A DNA stretch of 64,000 nucleotides. Origin: Antedon mediterranea. Taxonomy: Eukaryota; Animalia; Echinodermata. The position numbers and the translations under genes were made by a program. The stretch covers positions 25,375,365 through 25,439,364 of the forward strand of contig NC_092678.1 in assembly GCF_964355755.1 (NCBI RefSeq). Reading direction: 5' to 3'. This document shows, in pieces, positions 35,687-47,069 of the stretch (the stretch's first letter is position 1; the number at the start of each line of letters is the position of its first letter). A model generated the notes under the pieces. That model did not search any database. It was not told the origin of the DNA and was given only the letters and a program-made list of their open reading frames with translations.

Positions 35687-36762
35687 CTTAGGATTATAAT
35701 TACCAATCAAAATTCTATTTTGTTATTACAGTGTTGCATTCGGTTTAGATTTTATTATTGGGGTTAAAAAAAATAAATATATTTTATCAATTTTTAATTA
35801 TATTTTATATTATAAAATATTCATGTGAACAAACAACTTCCTCGCCTTCATAATGTAATTTAGAATGAAATATTTTTCTCTGTCAATTAGTGTTTCCAAG
35901 AAAATTTGAAGCAAGTGTGTGGGTTGAATTATTGGAGATAATAAAGACATGATTGAATGATGTAGTATAATGTATGCAAATATGAAAGAGTGAAAAGTAC
36001 AAACGATGAAAAATGATGCGCAGGGGTGATTGGTGGGAGGGCGGGGGGGAGGGCGTGGCTTGTATTTGTTGTTAGGGATAAATTTTGAATTGAAAAATGT
36101 ATTGATAAATTAATTGAAAAATGTATTGATAAAATGATGATGAGGTAACTGAATTCAATACAATAAATATCGTTCAATGTTAAATTTAAATTATAATAAT
36201 TATGTTCTTCTGTAGTATTGTTACTTACATTTGTGTACCTCCGTTCAATGACACTTGTTATCAAGGCAGCAAACGTTAAACATCTCGTAATAAATATTTA
36301 CATTCAAAGTAGATTAGTTAGACACTATTAATTTAATGTCGTTAAGCAATACAGGCAATAACAATTCAGATTTAATGGTAAGGTTGCCTTCAAATTCTAG
36401 GGTTTTTGGTTCAAATCCAGCAAATACAAAATAACTAAATATTACACAATCACATGTGATAACATGTGTGACGTCGTATTACAGCATTTGCCTATGATAT
36501 TGTACACATTATAGATAGATACAGTTCTGCAAGAAAGTGGTCTTGCCTGCAAATCAGCGTTATTTTTTTCAATGCTTTATGCTATGTTTTGGACAACGTT
36601 TAGTTTGATATCGTAGTACACATGGTCTATCATATTTGTATTCCGCGATAATCGGTTTTAAATGCGACATTAGAAAAGGAGGACAGTGACCTTTATGCAA
36701 TAACAGTAAAGGATTCATTTTGACATTTTCAAATCAAAATCAAAACTTCGTAATAAATTAAA

Positions 36763-37008
36763 AGCTCGTTTTCTGGTGCGCAACGCAGGTTCGTACGCGC
36801 AATACACGTATTTTACCAATTACAAGCGGCAGTTCGGATATCTATTGCTTGTAAATCGTTGTTCCTACAAGCGACGGAACGCAATGACGTAACGTAACGT
36901 AATTTGGCCAATCACAAGCGATAGATTAATCGAACAGTGGCTTGTCATTGGTCAACTCGCTTGCGCTGCGCGTACGTCCTTGCGTTGCGTCATCGGAATC
37001 ATGTTTAA
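36763..37008. mobile_element. MITE family B (related copies at 41481-41592 and 61566-61684)
   Basis: Imperfect inverted ends CGCAACGCA.G..CGTACGCGCA; shared CCAATCACAAGCG / CGCTTGTGATTGG core; the other copies have GCTYGGTTCCCACTA...GAACCAAGC ends. Confidence 0.65.
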
Positions 37009-38856
37009 GATGGAAGAAATTCTTGATACATAGCTTTGCCATATATCTTGCGAGCCCTTTTTCAACAGGTCATAACAGGTGATACCCGTTTGAGCATTTT
37101 TACTCCCTGTTTATTTAGCTTCTATACTCTGCCATTTTTCATATCTTAGCTCTTGAGTGTATTAGATATTTTAGTTTGAAAGCCAACTGTCTGTAGATGG
37201 GGCCAGGTGGGTCCTTGTACTCAGTCCAACCATAAATTGGGAAGGCACGCGGGTTGATGAAGGCTGGACTGTTATGTCATATTGCTTATATACTGTACAG
37301 GTGATATTTTTAAAGTCACTAATTGCGTATACAATATCCTCATTGTAACACGTTTAGTTTATTTATCTGGGGTCAGTTTTAAATCGACGATTTAAATATT
37401 TCTCTTCTGTCAATCATCAATTAGGTCTTTTTTTCTGAGCTGATACATTTATTATACAGACTGCTCTTGAGCTTATCGTATGGTATCCTATCTTTTAAAA
37501 TTACGTATCGTATTCCTTTAAAGTTACGTATCCGAGCTTTTTAACGTTACGAATATATACAATAAATTATACCGTACGATATATTGCTCGTTAAAAATAC
37601 AATTTATTTCAAAATGAAAGGCTGTGTTACCAAAATGTCTTTTAAAATATTTACAGAACGACCGTTCAATAGTGCGTACTATTGCACGTCATATGACCCT
37701 CAATCGTCCAATCAAATTCCAGGAAAAGTTTTATATAACATTAAATATTAAATTCAAGGTTTAAATCTTATACTACTTCCATTCCGCAACTCGTGTTTAT
37801 ATTTGATTTGTCGACAGCTACTTGATAAATGAGCGAATACATAATAAAGTACCGGTACAAATAAACAGTGCAGTAGATAACGGAATAATATGACCACCTA
37901 TGGTCACATTTCGTCAGTGACACCAAGACTTGCACAGTTACGAGGAGCGCATTTTCAAAGACTCTGAGCTTTCGAACGCGCGCGTCACATTCATGTTGTG
38001 ATCGGTATTATAGTCTGCTGAAATGTACGAACTGTTAACATTCATCAAGATATTAGGTATAGCCTATAATACCTTGTTGTTCATAGTATGAAATACAGTA
38101 AGCTATAGCCTACACTACATGATCGGATTCTCAAAATGATGATAATCAGTTTTTGAACGCGCGCGTCAAAATCATGTTCCTGTTACGAATTATGTACATC
38201 ATCAATCAAGATTATACCTTGTTGTTCAGTTTGAAGTACAGGACACTAATGTATAATGAAACATATACTACTACGGTAATACAATTTAGAAATAATATAA
38301 ATATATAAATCTTGTAATCACCATTGTGAGCTCTATACTAAATGAAATTCCACTTAAAAAGGTGTAAGTACAGTAGTCTTCTAATTAGCACTATATTGTA
38401 CAGTGAATATATCTTCTTTAAAAATAGTTTAATACGTTAAATGTAATATAGCCCTATAGGCCTACATCGTTGTTGTGCGTGTCTCTTCAAAATACGCCAT
38501 GCGTTACACAAGTAAATAAGCTGACACGAAATTTAAGCATAAACGCGTTACAAAAGTGAACGTGTTTCCAACTCAATTTTTAGTGGCCAAACTTTCTTCA
38601 TTATAAAATAATAATCAAGGCAAATATTTCAACAATACATGAACAAAGCTTTGTCCTCCATCCATCCACATCATTCTGTGTTCGGCAACTCTCTGGTGGT
38701 CAGAGCAGCAGCAGCAGCAGCTGCTATCATAGACAACATCATTGTCCCCTGATCCATTCCTCAAACTTCTATTATGATGTTCATCAATTAAACTGATATA
38801 ATCGAATGTCCAGCCAATGGTCAGTTAATGTCCAGCCAATGGTCATTTATAAGCTC

Positions 38857-39159
38857 TCAATCATATACGTTCCAAAACTGATTATGGCCAATCAGTATCG
38901 GGGCCCCTTCACCGAATTCCTTTTCCGCCACTTTGTTAAACGGAATTGGCAGAAGAACATCGACGTTGTCTTGTGCGTCCATCCCTTTGCCCTGTTGGGC
39001 GTTGTCTAAATGTAGTTCCCATGGTAACCGGCATTGTCGGGTCTTTGATTCGCGCCGTCCGCCATAGTGGCAGATCCTAAGAACAATTACAATAATAAAC
39101 AACAGGAAGATGATACTACAGATAATTAGGAACGCCCAGACTGCCATGTGCAGTGCCAT
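38857..39159 (-). CDS. Candidate 100-aa single-pass membrane microprotein, unknown family
   Basis: ATG-initiated non-repetitive ORF, GC-richer than its surroundings. One ~23-aa hydrophobic segment (AVWAFLIICSIIFLLFIIVIVL) is followed by a basic patch (R..GGRRESKTRQCR). TATAAA lies on the minus strand at 39220-39215. No family recognised. Confidence 0.55.
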   Translation of the reverse strand: MALHMAVWAFLIICSIIFLLFIIVIVLRICHYGGRRESKTRQCRLPWELHLDNAQQGKGMDAQDNVDVLLPIPFNKVAEKEFGEGAPILIGHNQFWNVYD

Positions 39160-41055
39160 TCTCTGTTATCTTTTTGAACAAGAATTGAGTATTTAAATAT
39201 TTTTTTCAAGACGGTTTATAGATCAGTTCCTCGTCGTGTGCAGTCTGCTTGATAACCGGTCACAGATATCTATAAATAAAACAGATAATGATATCATCGT
39301 AAATTTGTTCAACGCCTTTTAGACACGTGCGTGCCATTTTCATCCTTGCTTAAACGCACGCGTCGAATGTGTATTGTTTCACCATTCTTTGGTTTCACTG
39401 ACAACATTTCATATGTAAAGCTATCACTACTAGACATAACAGTGTTTACATTATGTATGAATCCTGCTATAATTAATACCGTATATGGATCATGGGCTGT
39501 GATACCTAAAAGCCTCAATAGGCCTATATTGACGATATGGACAGTAGCTTTACAGTGCAGCAGCTTACCGCCATTGAGAATTCTGTCCTATCGACTTAAA
39601 ATCTACAGTTTACTTACTTAGATTTAACGTTAAGGAATTAGCTCGTCAACCCGTCTACAGCTAGCCGTTCCGTCTTCGTTCGATAACAGATAATAAATCC
39701 CAGGATGGAACGAACGTGCGCTACGTCCTGTCCACACGACAGAATTGCAATTAAGACTTGACATAGAATCTGACGATATACCATATCAGACACTTTATAT
39801 TATAAAACATAAACATAGTACCTGCTGTTACATGGACGATTCTCGATCGTCAAAATGCGCCAGTCACATGATAACGTCTAAAAATCAGGATTGATTAATT
39901 AAAAATTAACAAGACATAACTATGTAATATTATACAATATGCGAAAGCAGACGATGGTAATTCGAACCAATGACATTTTCTCCCGCGCAAATATAATTTC
40001 ATTACAATTGAGTAGTTTATAATTATTCAACGATACTGTTAATAATACTATAGATTGAGACAATTAACAATGTTTCCTTTTATAGGCTTTCGGATAATGA
40101 AACATAATGTTATGATTGTATTCGGAGAGAAATAGAGGGGGTTAATCCAGCAAAGTATAAGAGAATGTTTTGCACAGATATCAAAATTAGTAATCCGACT
40201 CATACAATGGAGTACATGCCTATACTGGCTACTATGATGTGTAACTTAGATGAATCTTTTCATTACATTTTGTGTTGCAAAAACCGTAAAACGCAATGAC
40301 ACCACAGAATGCGCGTAACGGAAATGCGTTTCGGAAACGCGTACCAGAGAAATTAATTATGTGCTACGCGCGCGCCGGCGCCTGTTCAAGATCGTGATAG
40401 GATTGTCCTCCGTTGTTGCATGGTCCGGCGGTAAATACCAAAACAATTAATATTGTCCCTCTCCAATTTTGAGTTATAATTTATAATGAACTAACTAAGT
40501 CAAATACATTTATTATTCATTCACTTTTGGTATAATCAGAAACATGAGAGAGAATGTAGAACTTATCGACAATCGATATCGATCAATCACCAACCAAGAA
40601 CCAACCAACCGTGACCTTTTGGTAAATGTTTGATCATTGAACCGTGAAAGGGCTCAGAGAAGCAACAACCTTGTGTGCCACGCGAGCATCATTTTTACAC
40701 TAAAAAAGTAGGTAATTTTCTAAGCTTTTAAAAAAGCAATTTAAATTGTTGTATATGATTCTGTTGATTTTATTAATTTATAATATACAACTATATGGTA
40801 GAAGAACTTCAGTTAATTATAGTTAGGGCTAGAGGCTAGGCCTAGTGTGTGTGGGAATTTACTGTGAGCGAGCAGCACACATCACAGTAAAATTCCTAAC
40901 ACAGTACACTGGCTGCCTGGCACTGCACCGTCCATTTCTACCGCAGTATATGTAGTGGTAGTGGGGCCTAGCTCTGATTTTTGGGTGAGGAGAGAATTTC
41001 TAAAAGAGTGACCACTACTAATGAACTGAACATTTTGTTAACAATTTTAGACACT

Positions 41056-44000
41056 ATGGACATGCTGGATTATGGAGACTACCCCGATGATGGGGACTAC
41101 CCCGATGATTTGTACAATATGATGGGAGGTATGGGGGGAGATTACGGTGACTATGGCGACTATGCAGATTATGGTAATCAGAAGATGGAGCCACCAACGT
41201 ATGCGGAACTTGTTACCGAGTGCATGATACCAACGTTACAGCAAGGAGCGGCCATGCTTTCACATCTTGTGTTTTTTTGTATTAGTATTAATATTGTAGC
41301 TCAAGTTGGTAAGCTTCACGTTAAGCTCTGTCTACACTATCAAACTAGTTTGACAAAAAAAGTGTGACATGCCCAAATATGGTAGTGATATGGCCAAATA
41401 TGGTAATGATCATCATGTCCATATATAGGCACATCACATTTTTTTGGCATATAAAGTTTGATAGTGTAGACAGAGCTTTAACGCTCGGTTCCCACTAAAG
41501 ATGTGGCACAAGGCATCGATTACCAATGACAAGCAGTTTGACTAATCTGTGACTTGCATCCTTGCGTTTTGTCTCTAGTGCGAACCAAGCCTTAGCAAAT
41601 TGAAAAAGAATTATAAATTTATTTTTTAACCTTTAAACTTCAATGTTGAATAAACATACCATTAAAAGTGCACCACTAATGCTAATTTGTTCATTTTATA
41701 TAGCGAAAGTAAAACCAATTTTAACGTTTGCATGAAGAAAAAAGATATATAAAGGTTGAGAATGTCTCAATTTTCAATTTCAATTTATATTCACAATATA
41801 ACACATATAATATACAATAACATAATGATGAACTAGTTTGTTAATAGATAAAATTGCATATAAATACAATGAAAGTCAATTCATCATTAATACATCATTT
41901 AACTGGTCTGTTCTTTTTTCCTGCAGGTATGCCGTCCGTCGTCGTTCACATTTTGTCCATAGCAGTTGGATTCACAAGCGTTGCCATGGTTTTTGAGAAC
42001 TTAATACTACACATCATCTATCTGTCTGTATTAGGTTACACTCTTCTTCTGATCACATCACTCCTTGACATCAAACAAAAAGGTGCATATGTTGGTGTAG
42101 GCCTCGTTTGCTACCTAATCTTTTGGTAAGTATCTTTAAATTACTGTACTTACTGATGAACTAGCTTAATATTTTGATTGTGAGCACATGAAAGATGACA
42201 AACCTGTACATTAAACCGAGGCAATCTAACAACAGGACATTGAACTCGCCTTGCAAAGATAGGAACTCGTAACATTCCTTTGATCTTATGTCTGGCTGCG
42301 ACAAATACCAACAGAACTGTACTATGTACTTATTCTCCATTCTCTTCTTGATTAAACCAAGCAACATACATACATACATACATAGTTGCATACACATAAC
42401 GCCATACAGTAAATATCAAAGTATATTAGTTAAAAGCCATTCCATGAAAAAAATCCAGTCAGATTTGAACCAACACACTGTGATTGGGAGGCAAGCACTA
42501 TTAGTACCTAAGCTACAGTGCCATTCTGGTTATATAAAAAAAGGAATTTTCCCAAACTTTTTATTAATACATCATCAAAATGAAGTTTAGATTGTAACAT
42601 GTTTGACTTGTTTTTTAAGGGAATTCTTCATAGCAGAACCAGCAGAATGGCATAGAATCAGAGGTATAGTATTTCACTTTATTCAACTTAGTGCTTATCC
42701 TCTAAAGCACTAGTTTGCCAAAAAAAGTGGGATGTGCACAAATATGGTAGCGATGTACCCAAATATGGTAGTGATGTACCCAAGTATGGTAGTGATATGA
42801 CATCATGTCTATATATGGGCACATCACTTTTTTTTCACATAAAGTTTGATAGTGTAGAAAGAGCTTTAGTTTTTTAAACAAATAAAAGGTTAAAACCTTT
42901 TATTTGTTAAAACAGGACCATATGTAAAACAGGTACTACAACTAATGTGTTTTTGTCCTGTATAAATATGATTTAAATAAATAAATGGTTTAAGAAGTAA
43001 TTTCGTGTATTGCCATGATTTTAATTTGTAGGTGTTCAAATGGTGCTTGTGATGAAACTGATATCATTGGCGTTTGATTGTGATCATGGTGTGGTCAAAG
43101 AGATGCCGGACATTGTCCAGTTCTATGGCTACGTGTTCTTCCCAGGCACCGTCATTTACGGACCCTGGATGAGTTATTCAACGTATTGCAAACTTACAAA
43201 CATTCCAATAGTTGTAAGTTAATATATTGTTTGAATGTTTGCATGGCGACGATAGGAGATTGTCACTCCTGAAGACGATCAAAGTATATTGATTGAAACG
43301 TCAAAAAACACTTTAACTAAACTAAATATATGTGGTGTAGTACCGCAAACTTATAATCTTTATCAATCAGTGAAAAAATCAGCACTGTGGTCATGTCACA
43401 AGAGTTGTCAAAACAATATAGATTATCTGATAAACTCTTAGAAAGTAGGAAGCCTTATTTTAATATTCAATATTTTTATTGAATAATGTTTAACTCATTA
43501 TGCCAGGTACTGTCATCATTTTATGTCTTTTTGTAGAATTTTAATTGGGTTTGCAGTTTGTTCCTCACCTGTGTGAAAGCAATGCTTTGCTTACTCATAT
43601 CCACGTGTATAGCTACCACTATATTTCTAACATACGATTACAGGTTGGTTATCACTAAAGCTCTGTCTACACTATCAAACTTAATGTAACAAAAGAATGT
43701 GATGTGCCCATATATGGACATGATGATGTCACAGCACTACCATATTTGGGTATATCACTGCCATATTTGGTCACATCACACTTTTAGAAAGAAACTAAAA
43801 CATTTTAACCATTCTGTCTAACACAAACCACACATACATTAATTTTCTTCTATTTGGCCTGTTTGATATATACTCCTCAAGTAAACCTTCAACCCATATT
43901 GTACAATATCATTTATTGATATATATTTTTTCTCTGTAGATGGTTGCATGCATATCGTGATGCGTTATCATTCCGTTTTAGTCATTACTTCATCAGTTAT

Positions 44001-46249
44001 TTGTCTTCGTTAACTTGCATAGCATCAGGGCTTGGCTTCAAGTCAAATAGCGATTCAACAACTTGGTAAGTGTTTTAGAAACAACTTACAATTAAGCTTT
44101 AAGTACAGCCCAATGGTCTTTGTGTTTTTGCCTTTTAAATTGATAGTGAATGAGAGTGTTTAAAAGGTTATTTTGCTTTGTAGGGATTATCCCGTTAGTA
44201 AGCCGTCATTGGTGGAGATTCCTAGATCACTTGTAGAAGTAGTTACCAATTGGAATTTACCAATGCACACTTGGCTTAAGACATGTAAGTATCTATGCTT
44301 AGAGTTAAGACTGACTTAATTCTGGCTTCTGCACTGATCAATAAAACCCATCAACAGTGGTGTAACGTAGAGACCTAAGGCCCCTGGTTTAGGAACAGTA
44401 AGCTGTTTTCTACATATTTTAATGCCTGTTTTTTTCTATGGGCACTTCTCAGAGGCCCCATAAGCCCCACAGCCCCTGGCTATTTGTTTGATTGTACGAC
44501 ATAAGATTATCTGTCTGATCTTTGAAATTCCAAAATCTTTATTGTGTTTATCAAGTATATGGTACTGTATAAAATATGTTGTTGTTATTTCAGATGTTTT
44601 TAAAACTACGAAACAGTTTGGTAACTTTACAGCAATTCTAATGACCTATGCCGCCAGCTCTCTATTACACGTATGTTATTGTTTTATAGATCAAAATTTC
44701 AATTTCTTAATATAAATTAACTTTGCTATGATCGTTGGTGTTGACAGACAACCAAGTTTCATGAGGATGGTGAAATCTTGGAGTACCGTAATATGATAAT
44801 TAAAGCAATCTTTAGGTCAATCTGATATCTAGTTTGATAAATCAATTATTTTCTTTCACATCAGGGTCTTAACTTTCAACTTGCAGCTGTATTGCTTTCA
44901 TTAGGACTCTATACCTACATTGAATATGGTAAGACCTTTGACCTTTGAGTTATGTAACAACTAAACTACATTATAAGGATATAATATAAACATAATATGC
45001 TTTTCTAACTTGTGTAAGTCCTTGATTGACACCAAAGTGTTAAGGTGATGTCATGAATAATGTTGCCAAACTTGAGACAACATAATAAAATGTATAATAT
45101 GTTTTGTTTTAGTATAAGCAACACCACACCTTTCTCTCTTCTACCACTTTTTACAGCCAGTTTAACTCACTAATAATTGTTATAAGTTTTGTTGTTCTGT
45201 ACAGTTTTTAGGAAAAGATTATCTGAGATCTACAGTGCGTGTATTCAAGCAAAACGATGCAAGAAATGTGAACACAAATATACTTCTGTAAGTATGGTGA
45301 CATTTATGGATTTTTTTGTAGCAATACTTGTTATTATGGTTTTTTATTTCATACTCTTTGAAATAAAAATTGAATTGTGAGTAGAGAACAAATATATAAA
45401 AAATCAATGTAACATTTTAAAAGTTTCTAGCAGAAAAAAACCAACAATATAGTGATTTAAGGTTAAAAAGTAACATTAATAGAATAAGCTCTGTCTACAC
45501 TATCAAACTTGATGTGACAAAAAAGTGTGATGCGCCCATATATGGACACGATGATGTCATATCACTAACATATTTAATCATATCACTACCATATTTGGGC
45601 ACTAGTTTGATAGTTGACAGAGCTTTAGATTTACCATGTATATTGCACACACATTGTAGTAAGTAAATGTATTATTTCTTGCCTTTTTGCAGTCAAATGT
45701 ATTTGTCATATTAATAAATATACTGTTTGGCGCCCTCGCTATGTTTCATCTTGCTTATCTTGGCGTTATGTTTGACAGTGATCCTGAGAAAGAGGAAGAG
45801 GTGAGAGTTTATTTTACTGCAGTTATTGAAGTAACTACATTTGTTTTTAAAACCTGCTTAATCAATCACTTAGGAAGCTTTTTTATATATAAACACGCTG
45901 TTTATTGCAGTGACTGCATTTCATAAATACAAATTACAGTAAAAAAGGAAATTATTGTTTACATGTTTCCTAACGTACTAAGTATAAGGACCGTTCTTAC
46001 TGAAAATAAGCCTCTATACTTAATTAAACATGGAGGTTTGAAATAGTACAGATGTATTTTTAAAAATATATTTATTTAATCTATAAGTTTATTTGCCTTT
46101 CAATGTACAGTTACTGTATTATACTAATGTGACTGTTTTTCTTGTAGGGATACGACATGAGCCACACCCTTGCTAAATGGTCAGAATTGGGTTTTGCTAG
46201 TCATTATGTTGCCATAGCAACTTATATTTTCTACTGGTTGATCAAATGA
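41056..46249 (+). CDS. PORCN: Protein-serine O-palmitoleoyltransferase porcupine (MBOAT, Wnt acylation), 12 coding exons
   Basis: Exons 41056-41308, 41927-42125, 42620-42663, 43032-43213, 43537-43643, 43940-44065, 44184-44284, 44594-44670, 44865-44928, 45205-45287, 45693-45800, 46148-46249. Motifs: [105 protein letters not shown] (catalytic His), [21 protein letters not shown]. Confidence 0.96.
41324..41477. mobile_element. MITE family A
   Basis: Perfect 22-bp TIRs; TTA/TTA TSD. Confidence 0.9.
42706..42865. mobile_element. MITE family A (left TIR partly deleted)
   Basis: Internal CAAATATGGTAGTGAT units and right TIR. Confidence 0.8.
43659..43785. mobile_element. MITE family A (right end lost)
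   Basis: Left TIR and internal sequence. Confidence 0.8.
45487..45624. mobile_element. MITE family A
   Basis: Both TIRs present. Confidence 0.85.
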
Positions 46250-47069
46250 AGATGAATGAATGTACGTCACAAAGAAGAAAAAGAGAAAAAATGACAAGAA
46301 TGAATAAATATGTTGCAAAAAAGAAGAAAAAAACAGTTTTCATATTATAGTTAACATTGGTTTCAAAGCAGTTGTGTTAGCTAGCCTGTCTTGTCAATTT
46401 TGTTGCTAATTTAATTTGCCTTGACTGAAAAATATACATGGTTTAATATAAAAAAAATGTGCCTTATAAATAATAGATATATTTTACCAAAAAAAATGTA
46501 TTTGTTTAAACTTTTGTATAAATACGTATAATGTATTGTTTATGTACGAGACCAAACTGTTTATTTATTCACGTAAATTAGCATACAGAATTCCTCTGTA
46601 TAAAAGTGTAAAATTTTCCCTCGTTTTTAGACCAAATTTTCTTTTATAAATCTGATAGTCTTTCAAGAATTTGTCATGTTCTGCTGGTGGAGGTTGATGC
46701 TATACTTTTTTGATTTGCTTAGTTTTTAGTTTGGACTACCAAAATAATGTTTTATTTTACAAAAATCATATGGACATCCAAAAATGGATTCTGAACATTT
46801 TTTATGATATGTTTTTATAAATTTTTTATTCGAATATATTTTTTAAAATTGCTCTTTTTTGGTCGTTGGAAACTCTCAATAAATAATTTCTGTGCCAAAA
46901 TATTTGATTATTTCTCATGATATTAATGTCTGCTGCCCTCTGTTGAACTTCTGTGATGACGTAAATGTTTACTAAAAACGCCCTCTTTACGTCAAGAATC
47001 GGTCGATTTCACGAATCAAAACAGACGGTATATCTGCAGCTGACTGTCGGGTGGCCAACATGGCAAAAG

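Noticed and set aside
36370-36425. tRNA-like A/B boxes (TAATGGTAAG...GGTTCAAATCC)
   Set aside because: No complete cloverleaf; at most a decayed SINE head.
38610-38792. Coding-looking minus-strand stretch as second exon of the 100-aa ORF
   Set aside because: The obvious donor (AAC|GTATAT) joins it out of frame to an immediate stop; left unassigned.
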